Assembly (NCBI RefSeq): GCF_001949145.1
Contig: NW_019091361.1
Location: 1,391,588-1,428,740 of the forward strand
DNA: 37,153 nt
Reading direction: 5' to 3'
Source: Acanthaster planci
Taxonomy: Eukaryota
Below the pieces are notes generated by a model. The model saw only the letters and a list, made by a program, of their open reading frames with translations. It ran no database searches and was not told where the DNA came from. The position numbers were made by a program, and so were the translations under genes. Position 1 is the first letter of the stretch. Every line of letters begins with the position of its first letter. Below are positions 24,650 to 36,881 of the stretch, one piece after another.

Positions 24650-24725
24650 CGTGTGGGCCGGGGACTGTTTGATGTACTCAAAGTTGAATTCTTGGAAGTA
24701 GACCTCAATCTTAGCCACGTTTTTA
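24650..24725 (-). CDS. DEG/ENaC channel, coding exon 10
   Basis: cacag|(I)KNVAKIEVYFQEFNFEYIKQSPAHT|gtaggt; 76 nt, phase 2 to 0. Confidence 0.92.
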
Positions 24726-25821
24726 CTGTGCATGTTAAAAGAAAATGTTTGTCAAACTCTTTATTGTTATGTAATTGAAACCGTACATTACAGGTTAAAA
24801 TCGCTGGTTTTAAGTACATAACAGGTTAAAGGTTAAAACGTCCGACGATTTTTATCAACCATGTATAACTAAAATAACTACGTGATAGGGCCACAGACAC
24901 ACGGTTCGTCACCCTCCCTCGGTCACGTGCATGTCTGTCACTATGCAATTAATGTGTAGATGCATAACAACGGGAATGACGCAGAGGATTCCTTTGAACA
25001 CACTTTTCGGTGGTCGTTATTTCCAACATCGCATTATGCCGAGATTTCAATTTCAAAGATACTGTACATGTAACCGACAGATTAGCTGGGATAATTCAGC
25101 TCATAGTCAACCAAGGACACGCTGGGAAAGGACGGTGAGTAGGCAAATTGTATTGTTTGCAGACTCGATGGACGGTCCTTTACATGCTTATGCACATTAG
25201 ATACAGTCGATAACGACAAACAACGTTTTTGAGAATGAGACCACAATGCGAGTGGATGAGCAGATGTCTCACATAAAGATCTTGCATTCTTCAAGCCAGT
25301 CTTCCTACCTCGACCTAAATTTGGCTCATCTTCAGATTATCTTGAAATGTGAACCTCGACCAGAGAACTTAATTATTGGGCAAACAAGGTAAACAAAAAA
25401 ACGATAGGACCCTGATAAAGAAATCGCGCTCATGCACATGTCTTAACTTGAGCGCATGCGCGCACTTTAGTAAGTCACGGCACCCCATTGGTCAGAGAGG
25501 ACTGTAAGGCGCATACCACCTGCGTGCGAATAGGATGGTTACACTACACCAAATACGCGCCTACACAAAACAGTGCAAAATCAGACCAAAATAGCGCTGC
25601 CTGTTGACTCTCGTGAAGAGGTTGGCCTTCGTTTTTTTCACCGGAAAATCAAGATTATGGCCACAAGATCACTTTTCGTTTCAATTTTATATGGGTTAGC
25701 CACGAAAATATTTTTAATCGCCATTCCCAGAAGATACCCCCAAAGTAGTGGTAAAACTACGCGCTCAGCTCTGAATGTAACTGGCCGCCTCTATCCAAAA
25801 TAGGCCCGCAACGTGGGGCTC

Positions 25822-25993
25822 TTTGTGAAAGAAATACCCCGACCTTGAAACTATCAGTTCCAAATTCGGGATTTATAGAAATATTTCTGTGATCCCCCCC
25901 TGATTATGGCATGTCTTATTGTAATAACCCCGTGGGATCACAAAATATGAATGAGCTCGCTAGCAGAAATACGACCATTTGGTGAAATGCACC
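25822..25993 (+). repeat. Dispersed repeat, copy 1 (copy 2 at 36882-37059)
   Basis: AAGAAATACCCCGACCT..AAATTCGGGATTTATAGA..ATGGCATGTCTTATTGT..GGGATCACAAA..AATGAGCTCGC..CCATTTGGTGAAA is shared by both copies. Confidence 0.85.
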
Positions 25994-26358
25994 CGGATGG
26001 CCCCGCAGTAATGGTTTCTTGTAATTCCTTTTGCCGGATTTGTCTATACCAGCTGCATCCATTTTCTTTCAGTTTTATGCATCCATTTGTTTTGGGAGAT
26101 CATTTTGATATAAGACACACCGCAGAAGGTGATCTCCCCTCCTCTGCTGTGGAGTCCAAAATGGTCCCAGATCCTGATATTGATAACTTTCTTTGAGGAC
26201 GTCTGGGTGATGTGTTTAGTAACAAGAGGTATCATGCGCCCTTGGTTTCGAGAACACCTAAGGAGGTGTCTCCGCGTCAGAATGTTGTTCAGGATATTTC
26301 TTTTTTTTGTCCAATAAGACTCAGTCGTAGCTGGTGATTTGGCTCGTGGCGAACTTAC

Positions 26359-26444
26359 ATGACCCAGTCCTTGGGTGACGGTAAGTGTTTAAGCTTTTCC
26401 CGAACTTCATTGTTCCGATCCTTGATGTCACGAAACAGTTTGTC
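26359..26444 (-). CDS. DEG/ENaC channel, coding exon 9 (knuckle)
   Basis: ctcacag|DKLFRDIKDRNNEVREKLKHLPSPKDWV(I)|gtaagt; 86 nt, supplies the required phase 0 to 2 link. Confidence 0.8.
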
Positions 26445-26904
26445 CTGTGAGACACCACATAAAAAACCACTGCGTCATCAAGGGTCTTCGGCTCTTGATC
26501 ACAAATCCAAGTTAAATGCATAAACTTCTGTAGAGGTGAGAATGCGTTTTCCCTTTACAGGATTGGAGAAAAACTGCACTCATCTCTCTCCTTCTGAAAC
26601 TGAGGCCAGACGATCTGGTGAAAATGGCATTATTGTTGGGCTGAAAGAGTTAGGTAAACAAACCACTAACACTCGAGTCTAAACTATCAATTCATTCGAT
26701 GAAATGAGTTTTACTCAAACTCGTGTGCCCATCTAGGTTTCCATACCGATAGCGTGTTTAATTTTCGGAGAAACCGAACAGTTCCAATTTGCAAATCTTT
26801 TCTGGTCTTCCGTTAGTTATAAACAACGAGACCGGAGACCTTAGAACTACTTCTTATCATACGAAATAAGTTCTACTTATCCAGATAATGAACTTTCGTA
26901 GTAC

Positions 26905-26962
26905 CTGGAACTGATCAGAAGGCCAGATGGAGGAACTTGCTGCTGTATGGTAGGTTGTCTCG
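26905..26962 (-). CDS. DEG/ENaC channel, coding exon 8
   Basis: tttcag|(N)ETTYHTAASSSIWPSDQFQ|gtacta; conserved ExxY...S...WPS; phase 2 to 0. Confidence 0.88.
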
Positions 26963-27383
26963 CTGAAATTCAATATAAGATCTCTGCTGTATTTAAACGC
27001 CTTCATTGCAGTTTAGAGGTATGGTGATACACAACATTTATTAATCATAGCTACGGGCATCGCGGAGTTTTAAAAAAGGAAAACAATTCCAAAGGAAGAA
27101 GGAAAAGGAACTCAAAGGAAATAAAGCAAAGGGATTAAAATCACTAGTTTGTTTAAAAAGTCCTAAAATTATAACTCCCTTCCCCCCTTTGAAAATTTTT
27201 CACCCTCCTCCCGGTGACGCCAGCTCACAACGAAAAATGTCATTGATATTGTGAGCAATGCCAAGGGGATATTCGATTGTGTCTTTGCAAGAAATCACAC
27301 CTAACGTCTACTTTTTCATGCCCGATGGGTTTTCTTAATGTGAAATCACTTTCATAATTTTCAAGTGTGAGAGATCTACTTAC

Positions 27384-27459
27384 TTGCACTGCTGAAAACA
27401 GTAGCACGTTAGGGTTCCTTGCTTGTACTTCTCTTCCAAGTCAGACATACAGGACTGAG
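27384..27459 (-). CDS. DEG/ENaC channel, coding exon 7 (thumb cysteines)
   Basis: tcttag|(A)QSCMSDLEEKYKQGTLTCYCFQQC|gtaagt; phase 1 to 2. Confidence 0.88.
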
Positions 27460-27818
27460 CTAAGAATTTTAAGTAAAGAAAAAATAATACACTTTAGCTG
27501 CCAGAAATTGTATGCTATAGTTGCTAAGCCTGTGTTTATCATCTTTTAATCATCATGGTGTAAGTATGAAACAAAACTACAGTTAGGTGCAAAATTCGTT
27601 TTAAAAATGTTTTAAATTTCGTATCCATGCTGAAAACAATTCTACAAACCGGAAGGGGTGTCACTCCAAATAGTATTTGCTGCACACAGTGCTTCAACAA
27701 TTTTGATTATGGTGTCAATTAGAGATGCGAGAACTGACTAACGATACTTCAAATCGATCACACATTGGGGTACCAGTATCGATACCGAATAATAGTACTA
27801 TGCTCACTGAAACTGTAC

Positions 27819-27936
27819 CTTCATCGTTATCGATGTCACAAGGGTAGACGGTGTCGTTCAACGTGTTCGGGTAATGTGGATCGAAACAGCCGCACTGACT
27901 GATAACTTCCTTCTGGTAGCAGCTACGCTCACAAGC
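27819..27936 (-). CDS. DEG/ENaC channel, coding exon 6 (thumb)
   Basis: cgacag|ACERSCYQKEVISQCGCFDPHYPNTLNDTVYPCDIDNDE|gtacag; CxxxCxQxxxxxxCGC motif; phase 0 to 1. Confidence 0.9.
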
Positions 27937-28272
27937 CTGTCGAAACAATGATTATAATTCGCTTAAACGTAACGTTACTCTCTAAATATGCGTCATGTTT
28001 TGCGTATCATTATGCTAGTGTTACTGCATATGAATATACTGAATGAATCGATGAATCGATGAATTTGACTAACTTATAATGCCAGGCTGGAATTACGCTT
28101 TATTTTTCGCGGACTGTAATGAATTAGGCCCTGGCCAAATCGAATCATTTAGGGCTATGTCTACGGCTTTTGCCACTGCTACGCCACGGCGAAAAAACAT
28201 CAAAGCACATGGAAATTAAGGCTGTGTTAGATGCGGTCAATGAGATCTAGTGATAGACGGGAACCAAGGTAC

Positions 28273-28383
28273 CTTCAGACTGTACGAGACTCCATAGCGA
28301 TCCCTGAAGATGTTGCCGTCGTCCGGTTCATCATGCTTCTTCGTGCAGTTTCCATAGGGGTTACCAAGGCGTTCGATAGTCAC
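28273..28383 (-). CDS. DEG/ENaC channel, coding exon 5
   Basis: attcag|VTIERLGNPYGNCTKKHDEPDDGNIFRDRYGVSYSLK|gtacct; RLxxPYGxC motif; phase 0 to 0. Confidence 0.92.
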
Positions 28384-28811
28384 CTGAATTGAGGTGTGCA
28401 GAGTTCTTATTAAAGTAAGGATCATAAGTAGTTATCTCATGTCCTCACTTGTTATGAGGGCATAAATTTAATTCTAAAGCATATATAGAATAAAGCTTGG
28501 AATATCAGCAAAGATGTCAACTGCTCCCGCTTAAAAACTTCATTTCAATCTTTCGTGCAGGTATCGTATGTTGGTGTGATAAATGAAGAAAAAATAAAAA
28601 ATAACAATTTCACTGATGATGAAATTCAATACATGACCACATGTAATGACAAAAGTTAGGAAACCTCCAACCTGGATACATCATTTCTTCTTTTGAGAAG
28701 CGCACTATTGTGTGGCCGGTCATAGAAAAATTATTTCATTAAATGGCGTGCTCTGGCAATATACTCAGCGACATTTTCGGCAAACACTTTTTACAACACT
28801 TTTTGGCGTAC

Positions 28812-28975
28812 CACGCGGGCGGTGATGGCAGTCTTCGAGCCCGGTGAGATGGAAATGCCATCGTCCTCCGGGAAGGGCATAGTGTCGCGGTCGTGAACCA
28901 CGAGCCTGAAGCCGGCTGCCTCGGTTATCTCGGGCATGAACTCTTCCTGCTCAAGGAAAAGCTCCAACGTCAGTC
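28812..28975 (-). CDS. DEG/ENaC channel, coding exon 4
   Basis: ctctcag|(G)LTLELFLEQEEFMPEITEAAGFRLVVHDRDTMPFPEDDGISISPGSKTAITARV|gtacgc; phase 1 to 0. Confidence 0.93.
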
Positions 28976-29523
28976 CTGAGAGCAGAACAACCATCATACG
29001 ATCAAACTGAACAAGATTTGGAGGTCAGTAATATTGCTAGGATGTGTTTTGATGTAAACCCAAGGTTGGCGTCCTATCGACCACAGCCTTGGTAAGTGTT
29101 TTCAATCACAAGGGAGAAACTGCGTAGGTATTAATTTTACGGAATAAAATGAGTTTAGAAGCAATGGAAAGTCGTTTGCCATGGAAATTATCACTTTATA
29201 GAAGCACTTCTCCTTCACATCTTGAGCCCGGTACAGGGTAAATGGCAAGAGTGTATTATCTTTTAAACCACACGTTATTGCTCATCACTTAAGTTTGTGC
29301 TGAGTGAAATGATTCGAACCAATTAGCTCGCCGGAAATCAACAAAGCAATGCAACTGTTAATACAAATGAAGCAGTTTACAAAAAGGCGGCACAATTCTG
29401 CTTTTAGGAAATATTTTCCCTCGAGATGAAGTCGTACATTGGGGTGATGCTTCATACTGGAAATACTGTTTACATTAAAGCAAAGGGTCATAATCCAAAC
29501 GAAGAGATGTGGCTGATATTCAC

Positions 29524-29627
29524 CATACAAAGGCCCTGGGCGACTGGTTTTCAGGGATTCACCAAACCTGAAGGAGTTGAAAGTGTAGCAGTTGCCGAAC
29601 TTGTAGTGGTAGAAAGAGGTAAAATTT
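29524..29627 (-). CDS. DEG/ENaC channel, coding exon 3
   Basis: tctttag|(A)NFTSFYHYKFGNCYTFNSFRFGESLKTSRPGPLY(G)|gtgaat; GNCYTFN family signature; phase 2 to 1. Confidence 0.94.
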
Positions 29628-29870
29628 CTAAAGAAACAAAATAACAACGAGAAGTGCTGTTAGCAAGGGAAGAACACGTGACATGTTACATTCTGTCAGT
29701 AAGACCAACTATCCAGCAGTCAAAATGTTCTGTGATTTGTATATCCTTGTAATTATTCTTGTATATGAATACATTATTAGTTGGTTGTTTGCTGCCATTG
29801 GCTTGTCTGTCGTTTCGGTTGTTGTGTGTCGTTGCCGTCGCTATCTTTTCCTGTGGATGAATGTCCTTAC

Positions 29871-30061
29871 GCGGGGGAACACGGGTAGCCCTGCCATTGG
29901 CAATCCAAGAGCATGTCTTCCAGCAAGTGGCCCATGTCCATGCGCTGAGTCTCGGTCAGGTTAGCGAGGTGGGAAATCAGCCGCTGTTCTTTCAGGTAGT
30001 CGTCATCTCGCTTCTTGAAGAAGTCTCCGGTCTGCCGTTCCTCCCATGCCAAGATTGTGGC
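29871..30061 (-). CDS. DEG/ENaC channel, coding exon 2
   Basis: ttcttag|ATILAWEERQ...QRMDMGHLLEDMLLDCQWQGYPCSP|gtaagg; GHxxEDMLLxCxWxGxxC motif; phase 0 to 2. Confidence 0.92.
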
Positions 30062-30404
30062 CTAAGAATACAGGTACAAAATGTCCAAATTTCAAGATCA
30101 TCAAAGTACGTTCATTACTGAAAGAAAAGAAAAAACAAAATATGCACATTAACAATCATTATACACATATCACATGTAGAACAATCAGGTGAACGTTCGA
30201 ATTCAATCATGGGCGTAAACCCCGGGGGATACCCTGCACTTTTTGACCATGGGTGGGGGTGGGCTATTGAATCCGTCTTCCCACTTTTTGTGGTGAGAAA
30301 AAAAATAACGCAGAGAGTGACGATTTTTTTCGGACTTCCCAACAGCCCAATTGCATTCAATAGCACTCAAAAAAGAGAACAACAATAAGCCATAAATATG
30401 CTAT

Positions 30405-30563
30405 TCTGCCGTTACTCCCAGGCCAAGATTGTGGCCTTAGAATACAAGAACAAAATCACCAAATTTCAAGATCATCAAAATACGTTTATTACTGCAAGTA
30501 AATCAAAACATGCACATTAACAATCATTACACACATATCACATGCAAGAACAATCAGGTGAAC
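30405..30563. repeat. Local duplicate of 30031-30194 (exon 2 acceptor region)
   Basis: TCTGCCGTT.CTCCCA.GCCAAGATTGTGGCCT.AGAATACA..CCAAATTTCAAGATCATCAAA..GCACATTAACAATCATTA..AGAACAATCAGGTGAAC occurs twice in direct orientation. Confidence 0.9.
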
Positions 30564-30569
30564 AATCGA

Positions 30570-31065
30570 GCACACTGGGTTTAAGAATAATAAGCAAACA
30601 CGCACACCAAAGATACTGATTGGACAACTGAGCAATGCAGTATCAACCCTCAGATCGTTTGGAAGAATTGCCGGATCAACCCCAAACCCAAGGAGTTTTT
30701 CAGCCACTGTAGCGTGGTTAATATTGTCAACGGCCTTGCTAAAATCAAATGTACAAAAAGTGACAGAGACACCACCCTTATCAATATTCCTATGTATTAC
30801 ATGAAGCATATCAATGAGATAGTGTGTGACAGAACTATTCTTCATGTTGCCATACTGTTGAGGATCAATGTTACACCTGACATCACTCATGATGCAATCT
30901 GCTAAAAACCCCTCAAAAATTCTTGCCATTATTGGTGTTAAAGATACAGGTCGTAATTTATCCAAACTGTTGGCACCAATTACCTTCGGTACAGGACAGA
31001 GGAATTTTTCGAGACCGTCGGAAAATGACCAAATTTAAGACAACAGTTGAAAATAAACGTTAACG
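30570..31065 (-). mobile_element. CR1/L2-group LINE reverse transcriptase fragment
   Basis: PVPK..LRPVSLTPIMARIFEGF..IDPQQYGNMKNSSVTHYLI..DFSKAVDNINH..EKL: N-terminal RT motifs, truncated before YADD. Confidence 0.88.
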
Positions 31066-33269
31066 GTTCAGAAATTTCATATGCGATCTCTTTTAATTAA
31101 CGAATTCGAACATCATTCGGATGAGTTGCCTTAGAGGTGTTCAACTTGCATCATTTCTTATAAACCTGAAACTGATAAATTCTCGGTGGCGGGGAGGGCG
31201 CAGGTAAGTAAGTGATGTATGTTAAGAGGTGGGAGACTTGAACAGATTGCGGCAAAATGCCTATTCAAGTCATAGGCAGCAACCAGATCAGTTTATCAGC
31301 AAATTAAAGAGAAAATTTGTTTAAAAAACAGCCAAATGTCAAATTTGTCAGTGCCACTTTCCTGGCTCAGTATTTTTTTAAATGAGCAATTTTTTCTCGT
31401 AAAAAATTCTTTGGGCCGACCTTATCATTTTCTGCACCTTGTTTCGTAGTGAGCTGTAATTACCAGCATGCTGTTTTAAGGTAAACACCCAATAAAGTGG
31501 TCCATATTTATTTTATAAATAAATCAGCAGCACTTAAAAGGCGTAGTGTGTGGGCTTGTACTAGTGGGATACCATGCTGTACCTCTCATTTCAAGGTCAC
31601 TGTCAAACTCCGATTTGTTTACTTACCCGTTAGGCTAGGCCCCTAATGGCATTTTGGTACAAACAAATTGACACAGGCATAAATGCAGCTTGACACGAGA
31701 TGGTACAGGAATTGCCAGCACAGTAGTGCACGCAGGGGATTTTTGATTAGCCTATAGGAGAGAATTAGTTAGTAGTGTGACGTGTCCACGATCCTTTCAA
31801 AGGTATTCATTAGTGAACTCTTTGGAAGGTTTTAATTATGAGAACGAACTACGCTAGCGATTTGCCAGACGTGCGTTCGTGTGGTTTTATTCAGCTCAGC
31901 TCGTTGTGCTCCTTCGCTGAAAAAGAGGTTGGTAACGCGTACGGCCGAGTCAATAAAGATAGTTTCTCGTCCGCTTTTAATGGAAGAGGTGACTCTGTTT
32001 TTACTACAACTGACATTTTGCTACTTCTGTATCCAAAGCAAACTAAGGAACGGTTAGAACTAGTGCAGAAAGTCTTCGATCATAGAACAGCACCTCGGAA
32101 CACACATATACGAACCGGATACTATTTGTTTCATGTACATTAAATTGAATCTCGGAGTTTAATTAGTCGAGTTTAGCCCACCAGAGACAGTTCCACATCG
32201 GAGTCAGAGTTCAACCACCCCGCAATAATTGTCATTTGCTATGGAGAGTTTGATACAAGAGATAATTAATTAGGTAAACACTGGGAGAATACCAGCCCCA
32301 ATCCCATGATCCACCCAGCCACCAAACCCTTCAATTCTCGCGGGAAATCATCTCCTTAAACCAAGTTAAAGTTAAACCAAGCTCGCTTAAGTTCACCAAA
32401 TCAGAAATAGGGCATCGCTCTCAAAATCTAATTATAACAATTAATTTTTTTCAGTCGAGGTCAGTGCGGATTGCGCTTGTCTCAATAGTTATTTGGTACA
32501 AATATCCAAGACTGAGGGACTGTGGTACATGTTGCAGGGGGAAGACATTTTGCAGACTCATGAAAATTACAAACCGAGGCATACCATCACGAGATTTGCT
32601 CCAATGAGGGGAGGGGCACAGTTCTCCAGGGGGCGTGCCCATGCCTCCCTTGAAAACTCAGACCTATATCTAAAAGCAACCACGTCACGATGTATTCCGT
32701 AGGTGGAGCAAACATCAACAGGAATCCAATAAACCATTACAAGTAAAAAAGTGTTAATTTTGAGGGTTCTCCTCCAAGCAAATTGGTGATGAGCTGATTT
32801 TTGTTTTTACAAACTCGTTCACTTTTGCCTCTCTTTTTCCCTTTTTGTGAAACATACGAGCGGAGCTATTTTTTCTCATCTAACTGACGTCTTTAAAGTT
32901 ACAAATTAAACGTTTGATATCAATTTAATGGGTAAGAGGAAAGGTGATACCCCTAAAATCGAAGAGGTGATGTCCGCCAGATACGATGGGTGGGGCAAAG
33001 TTGAATGCATGCTCAGTCATTGTCTATATTTTGATGTGAAGGAACACAACATAACTTGGAGAAAAGGGTAGAATTTACAAACTTACAAACTTAAAAAGTG
33101 AACAAGGTATATGTGACACTGCAGAAATTCGAAATCTGCTGAAAGAAAAGGTTCCATGTTGGGTAGTTGAAAAATGTAATAATATATATCGATTTACTTT
33201 AATTATTTGGTATCGTTATTTAAACTTGCTCAGACGGACACCTCTATTTAGAGGGCGCTGCACTCTGGC

Positions 33270-35215
33270 GACCACACCCAATCATTTTCTGTCTACGTAA
33301 GATTATGAGTTTGCTTAATTTTTTGCTGTCGTTTTGTTGAGTGTGGCCTTTTTGTATTCTTCATTTAAGGCACCGTAATGGATAGAAAGCACAGTGTGTT
33401 GTATATTGTTTTCTTGGTGAGTTTTGTGAGTTCTTTTTATCGTGTGATTTTTGCCTGACCAGTACCAGAGAATTTGAGGGTGTGGCAGCCATTACCAGTT
33501 CTACAGGCACGCGTACCACGTGTTGTGTACGGTTGGGACACTTTAATGGACTTGCATGTACGTTGGAGCAATGCATCTAGCAAAAAGCCTACAGATACTG
33601 AAATTCCAGCTGCTCTGAAACGCAGGAAACGTGGCAGGAAAGATGGAGTTAGAGAGCGAATCAAGAGGAGGAAATTTAAGCCAACACTTCCATCGTTAAT
33701 TACTGGGAATACTCTATTCCTTCGCAAGAAACTCGATAAAATGAAATCTTGCTATCTTTGAAGACACTGGGAGTAGCGTGACAGCTGTTTAATTTGTTTC
33801 TCAGAATCTCGGTATTGATTCTCAACAGTTTCGCAACATTGATGGTTTTGCTTGTATTCGAGGGAACAGAAAAATCTCTTAGGAATGTCAAGTGTAATGA
33901 GGCAGCTGGGCCTGATAGAATTTGTGGTAAAATTCTCAAAACCTAATGTAATTGATCGTCATGTTTCATTTTTTTATTTCAGTGGTCATTTGACCTTCAG
34001 GCTATTTCTAAACTCTGGAAATTCTCTGTTGTCATTCCAATACCAAAAATACCTAAGCCAATTGCTATGAATGATTATAGACCAATAGCACTCACAGCTT
34101 TTCCGATGAAGTGCTTTGAGAAGATTGACGGGATATGCTTTTGTCACAAACTAAGGTGATCATTGATCCATATCAATTTGCGTATAGGGAAAGACGAGGT
34201 ATAGAGGATGTTGTTATTACTTTGCTCCATAAAATCTACGTACATCTCGAGATTGCAGCAACATATGCCAGAGTCCTGTTCTTGGATTTCTCATCAGCCT
34301 CTTATACAATACAGGCCCATGTGTTAATGGAGAAATTACAAAGGCTGGAAGTTAATCCTGTTCTTAATTTATGGATAATGATTTTCTGACTGAGCGACCA
34401 CAGAGAGTTCGATGTAATAACGTCCTCTCTGATGTCAATGTGTGCAATACTGGGTCACCTCAAGGCTGTGCTCAATCACCAATTCTGTTTAGTGTATATT
34501 CAAATTATTTCAAATGTACAGACTCATCTTGGTGTACCGTAAAATACGCAGATGATATTGGATTAATTTGTAACAGTGAAGTCAATGGATACAGAGACAG
34601 TGTTGATCAGTTTGTATCATGGTGCTATGCCAACTATCTTACCCTTAATGTTGCTAAAGGTAACGAAATTATATTCGACTTCAGACAAGGGAGACGTGAT
34701 CATGAGCTTTTAAAAATTATGAATGCCAATGTGGATATTGTTTCTAAACAAAATTAGTCGGGGTTTAAATTGATGATAAACTGAACTGGAAGTGCAACAC
34801 GGGAAAAATCAGTGCTAAGTGCAATCAACTTCTGTATTTTCTTAGGCGAACGAAATCATTTAAGGTCCATAGTGTTATTTTGTACCTGTTTTATCAGGCA
34901 GCCATCCAATCCGTTTTATCATTCTGTAGTGTAGTGTGGTATCATGGGCTGTCAAATGAGAACATTCAAAAACTGAATTGCATTATAAAATCCGCATGTG
35001 GGTTGGTAGGCGCTGACATTCAGCAGATGGATACTTTGCATAGTAGAGCTAAGGAGAACGAATTCCTGACCATTGTGTCTGACAACGATCACCCGCTTCA
35101 TCCCAGTGTTGTTTTTAACAGGTCTGGTAGGGAAAGACAACTTAGGATGAACAGGGATAGGCTGAGGAATTCCTTCATCCCTACGGCCATTAGAAATTAC
35201 AATAGCAATTTTTTT
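33270..35215 (+). mobile_element. Decayed Rex1/Babar-like non-LTR retrotransposon, antisense within DEG/ENaC intron 1
   Basis: KRRKRGRKDGVRERIKRR..LPSLITGN (endonuclease start), AAGPDRI, IPIPK..NDYRPIALT..MKCFEK, DPYQFAYR..RVLFLDFSSA, TGSPQGC..SPILF, KYADD, DNDHPLH..RNSFIPTAI; many frameshifts and stops. Confidence 0.9.
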
Positions 35216-35783
35216 CAAGCTAGCGCTACTTCGAGGTTTTCAAGGGGGATGGTATTCTGTGTCTAGGGGTATTGCTTTAGTGTTTTATATTTTGGTATAT
35301 AGGTAAATATGGTTTTATTCGGACTGTGAAATTGTCTATCTTTGATTTTATTTTTCTATATTTTAAATTAGTGGTCTAACTATGACCCTCTCGCTGTGGA
35401 TTTTGATCTGCGTTTTTATTGACTGGGATAACAATTTTTATGTTTCTTACATGACTTTTTAATAAATGATTGAATGAATGAACTGTTATATAAAAAGAGT
35501 TTTGGTCTATTTCAAACGTTTTGAAAAAAACTGGGGTTAGAGTTGCACAGACAGACACCACTTATGTTCCCTTGCAGTAGTTCATTAATCATCAGAGAGT
35601 GATTATGTCCTGAAAATTCAAATTTAGTGGTAAAAATGTCGAATTTTGCCTTCACTTAAAAGTTTTTCAGACCAGAGATTGTGCACAGGTTGTCAGGTGA
35701 TGTCCGCATTAAGAAGCTGTTTCCAAATTTTGCACTTCACTTTGGGGATTGCGAATCTTCAGAAAACCTGCCATATGACTAAC

Positions 35784-36419
35784 CTCTGTTGTCCCGTTAT
35801 TCACACTCGAAGTTGAATTCGAATATTCAATGCCAGCTGTAGTTTCTGGGCCCTCTGTCGTGATACCAGTGGGTATAGCTATCGGCATCGTAGCTCCTGC
35901 GGTAGGCATCCCTGAACCGCCTTGGCCTTTGCCCTGCCCCATGCCGGCACCGGCCAAACCTTGCGTGGTTAGCGGCTGCCCTGCTTGCTTCATAGTCCCC
36001 CCGGCTGTAGACCCGGGACTCATATCTGTGTTGTCCCCTGGATTGACAGCGCCGGTTTGATCCTCTGGCCGAGGAGGGGCGAAATTCACGTCGAACAACT
36101 CCCGAAACCCGTCGCTGGCCCGCTCCAACTTGGACTTGCGCACCGGATTGATGTTGCAGACCGTGACCGCTGGGAAATTCAGGGAGCGATCGAACCTGAC
36201 GTCCAAGCTGACAGTGTATTCGAATTTCAGATAGGTCGTGACCAGAGATATCACCTGAATTGTGAGCGCCGTGACGCCAGCAAAAAAGAGCAGAGTCCAC
36301 GCTGCCTTTGAGAGGAAACTCTTTGAGCGATGGATGTTTGGCAAGCCGTGAGCTGAGCTCGTCTCTAGCAAAGTATTCAGCGCTCCTAAGAAGGTTTCTT
36401 TTTGATCACCACTACCCAT
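35784..36419 (-). CDS. DEG/ENaC channel, coding exon 1 (HG motif, TM1, FPAVTVCN, low-complexity insert)
   Basis: ETSSAHGLPNI..WTLLFFAG..YLKFEYTV..LNFPAVTVCNINPVRKS; ends ACAGAG|gttagt at phase 0, matching exon 2. The 11 exons total 1842 nt. Confidence 0.92.
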
Positions 36420-36881
36420 GTTCTCTGATTCTGCTTGCCTACTCTGTGAGAAATCTTAAAGAATAAATCTTTAAGACGTGCATACGGTTTGCTCAACGTG
36501 TCCTAGAAGAATAAAAGTGCGGTGTTTAAGTTACAAGTTATATACACCTGTTGATCGGGATTGCTGCTTCCAACAATAGGAGCTGGGATGCTGAATGCTC
36601 ACATCGATCGTTGTTTGGTCAGTGACTAGCCGATATATCGTGCGCATGCGCGATTTCTGACTGAAATCAAGGAATTCAGTTGGAGCAACCCATTACATTA
36701 TTATCAGTTAACACTAAAGTCTTGAGTGGATTGCCTGATTGTTAGCTGCCAAGGGTTTAATACGGAGTACCGGAATAAGACAGGGCAACATGGCTTGCAT
36801 AGGTTTGTTTGATAAACACAACTATACTGAAAGTAAGCCACTTTGTAGCCAGCTCTGATAATTTATTTCTACTTCTGACTA

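Noticed and set aside
35827..36311. Overlapping ORFs of 157, 76 and 108 aa
   Set aside because: Alternate-frame or antisense shadows of the GC-rich channel exon 1.
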